The position numbers were made by a program, and so were the translations under genes. The notes beneath the pieces are model-generated. The model ran no database searches, was not told the DNA's origin, and was given only the letters and a program-made list of their open reading frames with translations. Shown here one piece after another: positions 36,290-47,000 of a DNA stretch of 64,000 nt. The first letter of the stretch is position 1. Each line of letters starts with the position of its first letter. This DNA comes from an uncultured virus (IMG/VR IMGVR_UViG_3300044678_003135) (Duplodnaviria; Heunggongvirae; Uroviricota; Caudoviricetes). The stretch lies in the IMG/VR virus record IMGVR_UViG_3300044678_003135; one strand, given 5' to 3'.

Positions 36290-36688
36290 ATGGGCGTCCG
36301 GAATACAACCCAGAGCGACGTGTATTGGAACGGCTCGCTGGTGGGCAAGATCACGGACGTCAGTGTCTCCGTCTCCCGCGACATCCTGCCCACCACCGGA
36401 GTGGGCCAGGTCGCCAGCACCAGCACCAAGGGGATGCGCGAATCGCAGATCAGCTGCACCCTGCTCTACGACCCGGACAACGCCCCAGCGGTGTCGATGG
36501 CGAACAGCATCTGGGACGACAGCGACGATGTCGACACCCTCCGCGTTGTCACCCGTCGGGGGTCGACCCGCGGCGACTTCACCATGGACGTACTCTCCGC
36601 CTCCCTGGGCACCCCGGTGCGGGTGCGGGAGCTGATCTCCTGCTCCCTCTCCCTCACCGTCAACGGCGATATGAGCGGCCGGTTCTGA
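36290..36688 (+). CDS. Tail-tube-fold minor protein
   Basis: GKITDVSVSVSRD.L.TT...G.R....CTLLYD. Confidence 0.65.
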   Translation: MGVRNTTQSDVYWNGSLVGKITDVSVSVSRDILPTTGVGQVASTSTKGMRESQISCTLLYDPDNAPAVSMANSIWDDSDDVDTLRVVTRRGSTRGDFTMDVLSASLGTPVRVRELISCSLSLTVNGDMSGRF

Positions 36689-36691
36689 GCC

Positions 36692-37774
36692 ATGGCGATC
36701 GACGGCGAGATCGGCACCCTCACCCTCAGCCGCAGCTGGCCGCGGCCGGTGGTGCTCACCGATGACCTACTCGATGCCCCCGGCAGCGTGGTGCGGCTGC
36801 GGCTGGAGGAGCCCTACTTTCTCAACGGCGATCAGGTGCTCCTCACCGCCCCCTTGGGCGTGCCGTTCGATGTGCTTGGCACCGGTTACGCCAACTGTCC
36901 CGACGGCCACAGCTTCTGGGGGGATGCCGCCTCCAGCGGCCCGGCCACCCTGCACCGCATCGGCGCCGATCCGCCCTTCTGGGGCCCTGACGACAACGCA
37001 ACGTTCTGGGAGCACTCCGGCACCGTCGGCCTGAGCCAGCAGGCCACGGTCTACATCCACCAGGATGCCCTGGAGCGCGCCACCTTCTACAGCCTTGAGG
37101 TGGGTGCGGTGAACGGCGGCGAGCTCAGCCGCCTGCCCCTTCGCCTGGTGGGATTCGATCGGCTCATCCTCAGCGTGGCGAGCGATCGCGCCGGCTATGC
37201 CGAGGCCCTGCTGGCCCTGGCCCTCACCATCCCCCGCCCTGAGGGGGGTGAGGCGGCGTTGGAAGACATCGTGCCGGCCCTGCCGCCGGTGATCCGGGAC
37301 GCGGGGGCCGCGGCGGATGAGCGGGGCTGGAAGCGGCAGGCGGATCTTTCCGGCTGGGAGGTGGAGACCGACACCACGGCCCTCGACCAAGGGGCGATCG
37401 GCGAGGCCTTCGGGGCGGTCCTCGCCGGCCAGGTGCGGGGCGCCGGGAGCTTCTCCGGAGAGCTCAGCAACACCTACGACCCTGGCGTCAGCCCCAGCTC
37501 GGCCATGCTCCGCCTCGACACGCTCACCAAGAAGGGGGCCACCGGCACCATCCGCCTGTTGGTGGCCGACGGGCCCCGGGGCCATTCCAACGGCCACGGT
37601 TTCATCCGGGAGGAGTGCCTCTTCTATGAGCTGGACATCCTCCTGACCAACGTGCGCCTCTCCACCCAGGCCGGCGAAACCAAGAAGATCCGTGGCCAGT
37701 TCGCTTCAATCGGCGACGTCCGCTTCGTCATCGCTGATCGAACTCATCCATTGTCAGCAATGAGCCAGCCCTAA
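36692..37774 (+). CDS. Tail structural protein
   Basis: C-terminal tube-like segment WEVETD...LD...IGEAF; synteny. Confidence 0.65.
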   Translation: MAIDGEIGTLTLSRSWPRPVVLTDDLLDAPGSVVRLRLEEPYFLNGDQVLLTAPLGVPFDVLGTGYANCPDGHSFWGDAASSGPATLHRIGADPPFWGPDDNATFWEHSGTVGLSQQATVYIHQDALERATFYSLEVGAVNGGELSRLPLRLVGFDRLILSVASDRAGYAEALLALALTIPRPEGGEAALEDIVPALPPVIRDAGAAADERGWKRQADLSGWEVETDTTALDQGAIGEAFGAVLAGQVRGAGSFSGELSNTYDPGVSPSSAMLRLDTLTKKGATGTIRLLVADGPRGHSNGHGFIREECLFYELDILLTNVRLSTQAGETKKIRGQFASIGDVRFVIADRTHPLSAMSQP

Positions 37775-37797
37775 CCTGACGGCAGCAGCAGCAGCAC

Positions 37798-40700
37798 ATG
37801 GCCCGGATCAGTCTTGCGAATGCCCTTACCGGCATCCGTAACGCTTTCGGACCCGGCGGGCAGCTCCGCGCCAAGGACCAGCTGGCTGCGGTGGTGGATG
37901 CCCTGCTGCAGATGGCAGGCAACGCCAATATCGCCCCGGGCAACACCGAGCCGGCCGATCCGCTCAACAGCCCGTTCACCATCTACGTCAACCCGTACAC
38001 CGGTAGCGATCGCTTCGTTGGTGGTTCCTACAACTGGTTCGAGGAGCCCGGCGGGGCCACCGATGAGGCCAAGATCGCCGCGAAGCTGAAGCGGTTGGAA
38101 AATCAGCGGCTCACCTGCGGCTACAGCATAAAGAGGCCCTTCCGCACCATCAACCGCGCAGCGATCGAGATCGTTGCGATGACCAGCAAGAGCTTCTTCA
38201 CAATCAACTCAGAAGAGGCGAACGTCGACTGCCCATCGGTGGAGCTGAGCCCGGGCACGCACATTCTCTATAACGACCCTGGTAATTCCAGCTACGCCAT
38301 CCCGGTGACGGAATGGCCGGCGGCCGGCTTCGATCCAACCCCCAACCACCTGATCGCCTTTAACCCCAACAGCGGCGGCATCGTGTTGCCCCGCTACGCC
38401 ACGGCGAGCGCTCCCCTCAGCCTGCGGCAAACCACCGTCCGCCCCTCCTACGTGCCGGCCGCGGCGGATGAGGCCGCCGACTACAGCAACCGGGTGGCAA
38501 TCCTCAAGATCACATCAACCAGCTACGTCTACGGGTTCACATTCCGGGATCAGTTCCGTGCCAGCAGCAGTCACCACCTGCTGGACTGCTTTCACAACGC
38601 GAGCCAGGCGGATCTGGATCAGCTGTACACCAAGGTGCGCACCGCCATGGGCGGGGCCAACAACAGCGGCAACCTCTCCAATGCCCTGGCGGTCACCCGG
38701 CTGTCCGAATGGCAGACGGTGGGAGCGATCAGCGGCAACCCATCCGAGGCTTGGGACACGGTCAAGGGAGCGAGCCCGTACATCTACAACTGCTCCCTGC
38801 GCACCGAATGGGGCATGTCGGGCGTGTTCTGGGATGGTGCTCGCCTGGCTGGCCTCAAGAGCCTGGTGGCGGCGCAATTCACCGGCATCAGCCAGCAGCG
38901 TGACCTGAGCTGCTGGGAGATCTACCGCTCCGGCGCCTGGCGCGCCCCGGTCAACTACCAGGAGCTGATCGACAGCGAATCCGACGACGTGCGCATGAAG
39001 CCACGTCGGATGAGCCGCCACATCAGCCTGATTAACGATGCCTTTGGCCAGCTGGTGTCGATCTTTGCCATCGGTGCAGGCCGCCACCACTTCGCCGACA
39101 GCGGCGCCCAGATGGAGTTCAGCAACTCCACCAGCAACTTTGGCGGTTGCGTTGCGGTGGCCAAGGGTTACCAGAGCGCCAGCGTGGCCCTGGATAGCAA
39201 TTGGAACCTGCGGCGCCTCAGGGTGGCCCGCAGTGTGGCCGATCAGACCGGCAACATCCGCCGCATCCCGCTGGGCCTTGTCTCGGCCATCTCCGGCAGC
39301 ACCATCACCCTGCAGGAGCCCCTGGCCGTGGGGGCCGATCCGGGGGTGCCGGCAGTGCTGGCGGCTGGTGGTTACAGCCTGGCCGCGGGCACCCTGATCT
39401 GGATCGAAAACCCCAACGGCGTTGATTGGAGGGCCACCCTCCAAGCGAACGCCTGGAGCGGCGCCACACCCACCGCCATTGCCATCACGGCCGCCGCCGC
39501 CCAGGCCGGCACTGGTGAAGCGATCGGAACTGATGGCGGTGTCTCGCTCGCCGTCGGCCGCCGGGTCTACGTTCGTCGGCTCATTGATACCCGCTCGACG
39601 GCGCAGCGGCGGGTGACGCTCAAGCTGGCCAACACCACCAGCGCAAGGGTGCCGCTGCGCAATTCGATCATCCAGACCCGTCCTGGCGTTACAGGCGGTG
39701 GCATCAGCCGTGCCCTAGCCCCTGGCGGCGCCGAGGTGCTGGCCGTCACCCAAACCAACGCCATCCCGGCGGAAGGCAGCGGTGTGGTGCTCTCGGCAGA
39801 GGTCACGCTCCGCCGTTGCTGCCCTGATGAGGTGTACACCGCCGGGGTCTTTTACCGCCAAGGCCAGACGGTGAAGTACGGATCCAAGCACTTCACAGCA
39901 AAGAGCACCTTCACATCCAGCGGCAGCGTCCCGAATGCTGACCTGTGGCAGCAGAGCTACGTCCAGCAGGAGAGCTCCTACAACGCCGAGGACCCCACCA
40001 CGCTGGAAGGACCGGTTCTGATTTTTGATACCGACACCGACGCTTCCAGCGATCAGACCGCTACCTGCGGGATCAACTGGAGCACCGTCTACACCGCCAG
40101 CGGCAGCGTGCGCGATCAACTGCGCAGCGCCACCGACTACCGGGGCGCCCTGGCGCTGCTGCTGGCGCTGGGCTTCACCAGCACCGCTGCTCATGCCGCC
40201 CTGGTGCCGCGCACCGAGGCCAGCCGTGAGCTGGATCCAGCAAACGCCACCCATTTCCCCACGGCACCCAGCGGTGGTGCTGCCAGCGAACGCGCCAACT
40301 GGGCACTGGAGTTCAGGCAGCCGTCGTTCATTCAGCTGCTGGGTCAAAACCTCAACGGCGTGGGCTTCTGGAACTACTCCCGAGCCTTGCCTCGCGCTCG
40401 CCGCCAGATGAGTGCCCTCAACGAGTTCAATGCCAACTTCGCCCCGGAGCAGGGCGGCCGGGTGGAGGTGAAGGGGATCAACAAGGATGGTTATGAGGTC
40501 ACCAACCAGGGGCTGGTCAGCACCGACACCGGAGAGGTGGTGTCGGTCGAGGGAATCGGCGCCGAAGGCGATCAATCGCTGCCAACCCAATTCAATGACC
40601 TCGCGGTCGAGAACCTCACCATCACCGGCACCCTGGACGTCAGCGGGGTGGTGGCCCTGGACGGTGGCGAGTCGTTAGCGATGCAGACCAACCGCTACGG

Positions 40701-42399
40701 CACCGGCGTGCTGGCTGATGCCGCCGCGCTGCGCAGTAGCAATACGATCGCTGGCGCCAATGATACTGAACTTAATGCCAGCCTTGACACCAGGCCGGAG
40801 CTTGTCACCCTGCCGGGGTTGAATTACTGGGCTAGGCAGGCCGGCGTCGTCACTCGCAGGACTGGGGTTGCAGTTCTCTACGTGGTCCCAGATAACGCCG
40901 TCAATGCCTCAACGTACAACTTCAACGGAGTCAACGCGACCCTCACCAGGGAGCCCAATCGAGCGGGCGCGGATCTGTTTGATAATCCTCCAACATCAAG
41001 GGCTAACGCTGTCTTATTCTCACGCGCCGCCGAATACGCAAACGCAATCTTTAGCACTGAAGAAACGGTTGAATACCGACTAGCCAATGGTCCCTATTGG
41101 ACCAATGTTAGCTTTAATCACATCGCTAACATAGTTGGCGCCTTGAATGAGTTTCCAGAAGCCAATACAGTTGCAAACTGGACGACGGCAGCAACTAAGC
41201 CAACCACTGACGTTAAAGCCTTGCATGATGCAAATGCTCCGTTTAGGTGCCCGTGCTTTGCTTCTGTTATTGCGATTGGGCAATATACGACGAATGGCTG
41301 GTCCGGCTCTTCCTTCCCTACCAGGCTAACATTTAACCAGCCTGGATCAGTCCGAGGGGTTGGCTGGCTATCTACAGCTAGGACGCTGGCCGACACGGCT
41401 AACTATCCTGGCTCCATATACGGGCCGTTAGCTGGCTACCGGAGCAGCGGCATCACCTTTGCAGCTTTTGTGGACGCTTGTATCAATGGTTTAGTTCCCA
41501 CTGGGCATGAGTTCGATACAATAGTAAGCAAAGAGTTTGTTGACGCAAGAAATGGACAAGTCAGCATTGCTGACACATTTATTGGTTCCCAGAGCCCAGG
41601 TAGAGCAACGAAAGGATTCGGGGATCCGTACGCCTTGATTAAGATGAGCGGCTCTGGTGGCATAAATCTTTCTGGTATTTATTTAATCGGAAATGCTCGC
41701 CTAGCCTCAGGCGACCTTCCGCTTTCAACTGCGAAAGGGGTAACGATTCTCAGTTCGCTGGTGTACGGAACGCAGCATAGTCAGAACCTTATCGGAGGGT
41801 ATGACTCGTATTTCGGATCAGCGCTTACAGCCACGATCACTTTTGCTGCGCGATACAGGACAAACCGCAGCGCATCTGGAGAGTGGCAGGCTAATTATGA
41901 TACTAATTGCATCCACGTTTTGGACGACAACGGAGAGTATGGCTTGATGGCAAACAGGGCGTCAGCTACGGCAAATAGGGGAGCTACAATGGAGGCGATT
42001 ATTGGCGACTTTAACCCCGGCTCATCGTTAGATCTTGCCGGTTTTAGCCGAATTGTTGAAGAATACACCAGAGCAAACCAGTTCGCTGGCGTAGCTGGAG
42101 TCTTCGGCAACGCACCAGGAGAAACGAAGGGTCCATGGGGGCTCAGCCCAATTCCCAACGATGCCTTAGTGCTTCGCCCTGTGAGCTTGGATAACGCAGT
42201 ATGGCGATCTGCGATTACTGGCGCAAAGGTAACCTCTGATGTTACCCTTGGCCCCACCCCTGGCGGTGCGCAAGAGTCCTACACGCTAACAAGCTCCAAT
42301 GCTCACAACATCAGAGCACAAGCGTTCTTTAGGGGCGTCAACGTCAATAACAATGTAACCGTTGGCGGCACCCTTTACTCTAACCGCTTTTTCGTCTAA
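37798..42399 (+). CDS. Large tail fibre/spike protein
   Basis: 1533 aa; IYVNPYTGSD...RPFRTI pectate-lyase-like start; lower-GC C-terminal ~500 aa. Confidence 0.8.
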   Translation: MARISLANALTGIRNAFGPGGQLRAKDQLAAVVDALLQMAGNANIAPGNTEPADPLNSPFTIYVNPYTGSDRFVGGSYNWFEEPGGATDEAKIAAKLKRLENQRLTCGYSIKRPFRTINRAAIEIVAMTSKSFFTINSEEANVDCPSVELSPGTHILYNDPGNSSYAIPVTEWPAAGFDPTPNHLIAFNPNSGGIVLPRYATASAPLSLRQTTVRPSYVPAAADEAADYSNRVAILKITSTSYVYGFTFRDQFRASSSHHLLDCFHNASQADLDQLYTKVRTAMGGANNSGNLSNALAVTRLSEWQTVGAISGNPSEAWDTVKGASPYIYNCSLRTEWGMSGVFWDGARLAGLKSLVAAQFTGISQQRDLSCWEIYRSGAWRAPVNYQELIDSESDDVRMKPRRMSRHISLINDAFGQLVSIFAIGAGRHHFADSGAQMEFSNSTSNFGGCVAVAKGYQSASVALDSNWNLRRLRVARSVADQTGNIRRIPLGLVSAISGSTITLQEPLAVGADPGVPAVLAAGGYSLAAGTLIWIENPNGVDWRATLQANAWSGATPTAIAITAAAAQAGTGEAIGTDGGVSLAVGRRVYVRRLIDTRSTAQRRVTLKLANTTSARVPLRNSIIQTRPGVTGGGISRALAPGGAEVLAVTQTNAIPAEGSGVVLSAEVTLRRCCPDEVYTAGVFYRQGQTVKYGSKHFTAKSTFTSSGSVPNADLWQQSYVQQESSYNAEDPTTLEGPVLIFDTDTDASSDQTATCGINWSTVYTASGSVRDQLRSATDYRGALALLLALGFTSTAAHAALVPRTEASRELDPANATHFPTAPSGGAASERANWALEFRQPSFIQLLGQNLNGVGFWNYSRALPRARRQMSALNEFNANFAPEQGGRVEVKGINKDGYEVTNQGLVSTDTGEVVSVEGIGAEGDQSLPTQFNDLAVENLTITGTLDVSGVVALDGGESLAMQTNRYGTGVLADAAALRSSNTIAGANDTELNASLDTRPELVTLPGLNYWARQAGVVTRRTGVAVLYVVPDNAVNASTYNFNGVNATLTREPNRAGADLFDNPPTSRANAVLFSRAAEYANAIFSTEETVEYRLANGPYWTNVSFNHIANIVGALNEFPEANTVANWTTAATKPTTDVKALHDANAPFRCPCFASVIAIGQYTTNGWSGSSFPTRLTFNQPGSVRGVGWLSTARTLADTANYPGSIYGPLAGYRSSGITFAAFVDACINGLVPTGHEFDTIVSKEFVDARNGQVSIADTFIGSQSPGRATKGFGDPYALIKMSGSGGINLSGIYLIGNARLASGDLPLSTAKGVTILSSLVYGTQHSQNLIGGYDSYFGSALTATITFAARYRTNRSASGEWQANYDTNCIHVLDDNGEYGLMANRASATANRGATMEAIIGDFNPGSSLDLAGFSRIVEEYTRANQFAGVAGVFGNAPGETKGPWGLSPIPNDALVLRPVSLDNAVWRSAITGAKVTSDVTLGPTPGGAQESYTLTSSNAHNIRAQAFFRGVNVNNNVTVGGTLYSNRFFV

Positions 42400-42809
42400 T
42401 GATCTACCCCACCACCCCTCCCGCAGTCGGCCCCAATCAAGAGGCAATTCCCGCCTTGCCGGTCCGCGTTGACGGTCGGCTCACGCAACAATGGGAGATC
42501 ATCGACAAGCCGGTTGATCCGGCAGTCCGCGTTCCCTATCAAATCCTGTACACGCTGCTGCTCACTTCTTCGGCCTACGCGGGCTTCCTAAGCCGAGCCA
42601 AGGCCCCTGAAGCGCCGCCTGCGATGGGGGTTGCGATGACCGAACTCTCAGACGCTTTGGCACAGGCCCGGTTTGGGACTCCGATCGTGCCCGCTTTGCA
42701 GGCGGCGTTAGCGTCAGTGCTCTCTGTAGGCGGATTCACCCCAACTGAGCTAGCCAGTATTCAGGCGATTCTTGTGACCGCTGGGCTGGATGCGGTCTTT
42801 GATCTGTGA
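42399..42809 (+). CDS. Tail fibre-associated protein/chaperone
   Basis: Coupled to the fibre stop; LTQQWEI motif. Confidence 0.6.
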   Translation: MIYPTTPPAVGPNQEAIPALPVRVDGRLTQQWEIIDKPVDPAVRVPYQILYTLLLTSSAYAGFLSRAKAPEAPPAMGVAMTELSDALAQARFGTPIVPALQAALASVLSVGGFTPTELASIQAILVTAGLDAVFDL

Positions 42810-42849
42810 CGGCCGGCCTAGCCTTTGGATACCCAGAACCAGAGGATCC

Positions 42850-43227
42850 GTGTTCTCCCTAGAGCAACTAGCACTCCTCGTTGGGGGCGCCATCCTGCAA
42901 TGGATAGGAAGCATGGTTGCCGATCGCGCCAAAAAAGCGGACGACATCGACAAAAGCCTTGCGACGGAAGACACCAAATTGCGCGACAAGGTGGCAGAGC
43001 TTGACAAAACAAGTTCTACAGCCATCGCAACGCTGGCCGCAGGCATGGAACACCTTGTCGTTGGAGTTGATGGTATTCGCAAAGACATGCGAGAGCATCG
43101 CGATGTTGTATTCATGCGCTTTGAGCGCAATGAAAACGAAATTAAAGAGGTAAGGAATATGGTTTCACAGTCAGACCTTCGGCTTCAGGCTATTCAGCTA
43201 CAGTTGAGTGAGGTAAAAGGGCAATGA
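42850..43227 (+). CDS. Membrane-anchored coiled-coil protein (lysis module)
   Basis: N-terminal hydrophobic helix, then coiled coil. Confidence 0.55.
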   Translation: MFSLEQLALLVGGAILQWIGSMVADRAKKADDIDKSLATEDTKLRDKVAELDKTSSTAIATLAAGMEHLVVGVDGIRKDMREHRDVVFMRFERNENEIKEVRNMVSQSDLRLQAIQLQLSEVKGQ

Positions 43228-43496
43228 GCAAGGTTTTCATCATCCCCACCGCCGTCTGGCTGGCCCTGGCGGGTCTGGCCTTTACCGTGCGCTGTGAGCT
43301 GTCCCCAACGCTTCCTGGTGGCTGGCCCACGTGCTGGGTGATCGGCGGCAGCGTGGCCGGCGTGCCGTTTTTCAAAAGGATGGCGGAAAGATCCGGTTTC
43401 GTGGAGGGCTACAACACCTACAACCCGGCATTGCGCCGTAAGGGGGAGGACTCAAATCCCACCCAGGCCATCACCGCCACCAACCCCATCCTCTAA
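43224..43496 (+). CDS. Holin candidate
   Basis: Two hydrophobic segments; upstream of the lysin. Confidence 0.5.
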   Translation: MSKVFIIPTAVWLALAGLAFTVRCELSPTLPGGWPTCWVIGGSVAGVPFFKRMAERSGFVEGYNTYNPALRRKGEDSNPTQAITATNPIL

Positions 43497-43509
43497 ACCA
43501 TTGATCGGA

Positions 43510-43803
43510 ATGCTGCTTAAGCCATTGATCCCCTGGCTTCTGCGCCGGCTGCTCAGCCTGCTGCTGCACGCCCTGGGCCGTGATCTGTGCCGGCGACTGC
43601 CGCAGGTGTTTGCGCTGATCGACGAGCAGATCATCCCCTCGATGCAGCGCGGCACCCGAGCCACCGACATGGTGTTTTTCACCTCGGTTCAGCGTGTTGT
43701 CCACCGGGATCCCAGCGACATGGAGCTGCGTGTTCTGCAGCTGCTGTTTGATCCATCCATTGCCGCTGAGCACCAGCAACCCACCACCACAGCAGACGAA
43801 TGA
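43510..43803 (+). CDS. Hypothetical protein (lysis module)
   Basis: ATGA overlap with the lysin. Confidence 0.6.
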   Translation: MLLKPLIPWLLRRLLSLLLHALGRDLCRRLPQVFALIDEQIIPSMQRGTRATDMVFFTSVQRVVHRDPSDMELRVLQLLFDPSIAAEHQQPTTTADE

Positions 43804-44522
43804 CTCTCTCCCTCATGCGTTACGCCATCCACACGGTGGCGGGCCATCCTGGCCATGAAGCCTTCTGGCGAGCTGTTGAAGCGATGCTCACGCCAGAGCA
43901 GCTTCAACGGCTCGGCGATGGGGGCGACATCCGCAAAAGCACCTGGCTCAAAACCGCCACCAGGCCAGCAACCCAGGGCCCATGGGAGAGGGAGATCACG
44001 GCCTGCCGGCCTCTCCTGGATCTGATCTACCGCCACGAAGCTGGCGGCTTTGCCAGCCCCTACGAGGCCTACAACCGTGGCAGCGCCGGCGACAGTCTCG
44101 GCAAGCCCTGGCCTGGCGGCCTCCAGAACCTCACCATCGGCCAGATCAAAACCCTGCAGCAAACCGGCAAGCTCTTTGCCGTCGGTGCCCCCCAGCTGAT
44201 CCCTTCCACCCTGCTCGAGCAGCAAGCGCTGGCCGGTCTTTCTGATGCGGATCTGTTCAGTGCCGTGAACCAGGATCGGCTGACCACCGCCATCCTGCTG
44301 CGGGGCAAGCGACCCATGTTGGCCCGGTTCCTCCTCCAGGGCACCAACCAGGCCGCCGCGATTGACGACCTGGCCTTTGAGTGGGCCAGCCTGCCCAACA
44401 GCCAGGGCCAGGGCTGGTATGACGGCGACAAGGGCGGGAACAAGGCCCACGGCAGCCTGGCCGCTGTGATCGGCGCGCTGCAGGCCTCCAGAGCCCGGGT
44501 GCTGAGCCCAGCTAAGGCCTGA
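43800..44522 (+). CDS. Lysozyme-like endolysin
   Basis: LLDLIYRHE...Y.AYN, AVGAPQLIPSTL, NQDRL, LAFEWASLP...Y...GGNKA. Confidence 0.82.
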   Translation: MTLSLMRYAIHTVAGHPGHEAFWRAVEAMLTPEQLQRLGDGGDIRKSTWLKTATRPATQGPWEREITACRPLLDLIYRHEAGGFASPYEAYNRGSAGDSLGKPWPGGLQNLTIGQIKTLQQTGKLFAVGAPQLIPSTLLEQQALAGLSDADLFSAVNQDRLTTAILLRGKRPMLARFLLQGTNQAAAIDDLAFEWASLPNSQGQGWYDGDKGGNKAHGSLAAVIGALQASRARVLSPAKA

Positions 44523-45296
44523 TCAGTACCGCCAGACATCTGCGGGCCGGGCACCGGCACCGGGCACGAAGCGGCCGCCATTGCGGCGATCCAAGTGGAT
44601 GAAGCCACGATCGCGGCCGTCACCAAAGCCACCGGTCCAGCGCACGATCAGCCAGTCGTAGAGGGCCTGCAGAGGCAGGCCGATCGGGTAGATGTCGATC
44701 GCCATCCCGGTCACGTGGAAGCTATTGTGCACACCGCCCACCTCCCTGTTGATCGGCTCCGGCCGGTAGAAGCTGGTCATCCCCAACGGGCGGCCCCAGG
44801 CCTGCCGGATCGATTGGAACTCTGCCGCCGTGCCCAGGATCCGGGGGATCACCGAGCTCTGGGCCGACGGTCGCCGCCGCCGATCAAACTGCAGCACCTC
44901 CCCCACCGTCAGGTTTGGCGTCACCAGAGCGTCGAAGTCGCTCCAGTCGATCATTCCCGGCTGCAGGAGCAGCGGTGCTGGAGGGGCCGCCGCCGGCGCC
45001 TTGGCCTGCAACCGCCTGAAGTGGGGGGCGTAGGCGTGCCACTGGCCGGCGCCATGGCCCAGCTCCACCAGCTCATGGGCCTGCCCTGGCAGCTCTGTGC
45101 TGGCAATCACCGGCATCTTGTGCCCCGCAGGCACCATGACCTTCTGCTCCTCAGGCAGATCGGCCGCAGCAGCCGTGCTTTTCTTCAGCCAGGTGTCCTG
45201 CACGGCCTGGAAGGTGAAGATCACCGGCTTCTGCGGTGTCTCGATCGCTTTGCCTTCAGGAGCGGCCGCGGCGGGCTTGGAGCTGGTTGGCGGCAT
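44523..45296 (-). CDS. Peptidase M15 family cell-wall peptidase
   Basis: TSFYRP...NREVGG..NSFH..GMAIDI...GFIHLD. Confidence 0.88.
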   Translation of the reverse strand: MPPTSSKPAAAAPEGKAIETPQKPVIFTFQAVQDTWLKKSTAAAADLPEEQKVMVPAGHKMPVIASTELPGQAHELVELGHGAGQWHAYAPHFRRLQAKAPAAAPPAPLLLQPGMIDWSDFDALVTPNLTVGEVLQFDRRRRPSAQSSVIPRILGTAAEFQSIRQAWGRPLGMTSFYRPEPINREVGGVHNSFHVTGMAIDIYPIGLPLQALYDWLIVRWTGGFGDGRDRGFIHLDRRNGGRFVPGAGARPADVWRY

Positions 45297-45606
45297 TGCG
45301 AAGCGTGGATGAACCTGGCTTCAGTGTGGGCCTGCTTCCCGTGGCTCCCATACCCGTGGCTGATTGCTGAATGGCGGCAGCGATGCGCCACTGCCGTTGC
45401 CGGTGATTTCTTGCTCAACAGGCGCGGGCATCGGCAAGCGCGGATACTGCCAGGATCCATCGGAGTTCTGGCGAACCGTTGAGCCCGCTGGGATGTCGGG
45501 GCTTAGGGGGGTGTGGGTGGTCATCGGCGAAGACTCCAAATAAGTAGGCAGGTAGGGACTAGAAAAATCGCGTTCATCGCAACATCGGCCCAGGTGGTGT
45601 GTTCCG

Positions 45607-46140
45607 TCACGACTCCCCCACCGCCGCAGGATCGGGCCGGCTGTAATCAAAGCGCCACCAGCAGACGCCAGTTCGTTGGTCTCTGTTGTGGATATTTTCA
45701 CGGCAAGCGATGGGCCATCCGTTGCTGTTGAAAAAAATCACCGCCAGCTCATTCATGCCCATATCGAAATAGATGTGCTGCTTGCGGCACCAGCCGCTGC
45801 AGGGTGTGGTGGCCACCCGCTCAGGAATCGGCAGGGTGGTGGTGGCGTCGATGATCTGCCGGTCGTGCTGATCAACGATCAGCTGCAGCGACCCCGGCGG
45901 GAAGCGCCGGCCCTCTTCGGGGATGTAGATGCCTGGAAAGGGTGCGTGGAGAGTGAAATCCCCATCATTGATCGTGATCTGCTGCAGGGCCTCCGGTTCA
46001 TGTGGAGCACGCATCAGCAGCACCGAACTACCGTTGTAAATCAGTCGCCGCTCCTGGCCCGCTTCGGAGGGATTTGAGTTCCTGACGGAGATCCACTCGA
46101 TCCCGTTGAGCACGCCTTTCCCGACGCGAGGTCTGCCCAT
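45607..46140 (-). CDS. Hypothetical protein
   Basis: ATG ORF in the leftward operon. Confidence 0.5.
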   Translation of the reverse strand: MGRPRVGKGVLNGIEWISVRNSNPSEAGQERRLIYNGSSVLLMRAPHEPEALQQITINDGDFTLHAPFPGIYIPEEGRRFPPGSLQLIVDQHDRQIIDATTTLPIPERVATTPCSGWCRKQHIYFDMGMNELAVIFFNSNGWPIACRENIHNRDQRTGVCWWRFDYSRPDPAAVGES

Positions 46141-46639
46141 GCTGTTTCGATCCAACGGCGAACGGGTCAGCCAGGGTTTGAGGATGTGATGGTTGGGGTC
46201 CAGGGCCACACCAGCGAGTTGCAGCACCGGCGGGGTGTCCGCTGAAACGGTCAGATCTGCCAGATCTGCGACTCTCGATGAGGTCTGCAATGAGCGCGAG
46301 CCAGTAGGGGGTGCCATCGAAGATGTGTGCGTCGGAGAGGGGGATAAGAACCCAACCGGAGAGCTGGGCGAGCATGGTCTTGGTGATGTCCCTGGTGATG
46401 CCACTGCCTGTGGAGTGCCCCCCGGGCCGCCAGATGCCGCCGTTGACCTCGACGGCCACCTGCGCATCAGGCCAGGCAAAGTCAGCGCGGAAGCGATCTC
46501 TACGCGACCTCAGCCCTTCCTGCTTCTGGTACGAGGCCCAGGTGTCCCACACGGGCAGGATGAACTCTCGCTGGAAAGGCAGGCCGGGGCAAGAGATCAG
46601 CCACTGGTTGGCAAAGGCTTCTTCCAGATGACTTGGCAT
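46028..46639 (-). CDS. PD-(D/E)xK endonuclease (Vsr/DUF559-like)
   Basis: SHLEEAF...FRADFAWP...VAVEVNGG.W...H...D..K...AQ..GW. Confidence 0.8.
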   Translation of the reverse strand: MPSHLEEAFANQWLISCPGLPFQREFILPVWDTWASYQKQEGLRSRRDRFRADFAWPDAQVAVEVNGGIWRPGGHSTGSGITRDITKTMLAQLSGWVLIPLSDAHIFDGTPYWLALIADLIESRRSGRSDRFSGHPAGAATRWCGPGPQPSHPQTLADPFAVGSKQHGQTSRRERRAQRDRVDLRQELKSLRSGPGAATDLQR

Positions 46640-46967
46640 TGGCCTCGGTGCAATCGATCGCGAAGGGGAAGGGGCGAATCCAAACCAACACCGCGCCGGT
46701 CATCGGGTCACGTGGCCGGTTGGCGTGGCAAAGGGCCATCACCCGCAGCAATGAATGGATGGAATCAGGTTCGGTCTGCTGGAGCTCGTTGTGGCAGGCG
46801 CCGAGGGCGGCCTCGATGACCCATAGCAAGCTCTTGAAATCGTTGGCCTGGAGCTGATCAGGGCAGCACGGCTGCATCTGCTGCAGGCCATAGCCGCGCT
46901 GCAGGTGGAGGCTGCCATCGGCGAACAGGGCAAACCCTGTGATGGGTTGATCGTTGGGTGAATCCAT
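46500..46967 (-). CDS. Hypothetical protein
   Basis: ATG ORF; long 3' overlap with the nuclease gene lowers confidence in its end. Confidence 0.45.
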   Translation of the reverse strand: MDSPNDQPITGFALFADGSLHLQRGYGLQQMQPCCPDQLQANDFKSLLWVIEAALGACHNELQQTEPDSIHSLLRVMALCHANRPRDPMTGAVLVWIRPFPFAIDCTEANAKSSGRSLCQPVADLLPRPAFPARVHPARVGHLGLVPEAGRAEVA

Positions 46968-47000
46968 GGCTGCAATGCAGTGGGGAGGGGTTGATGCAGA

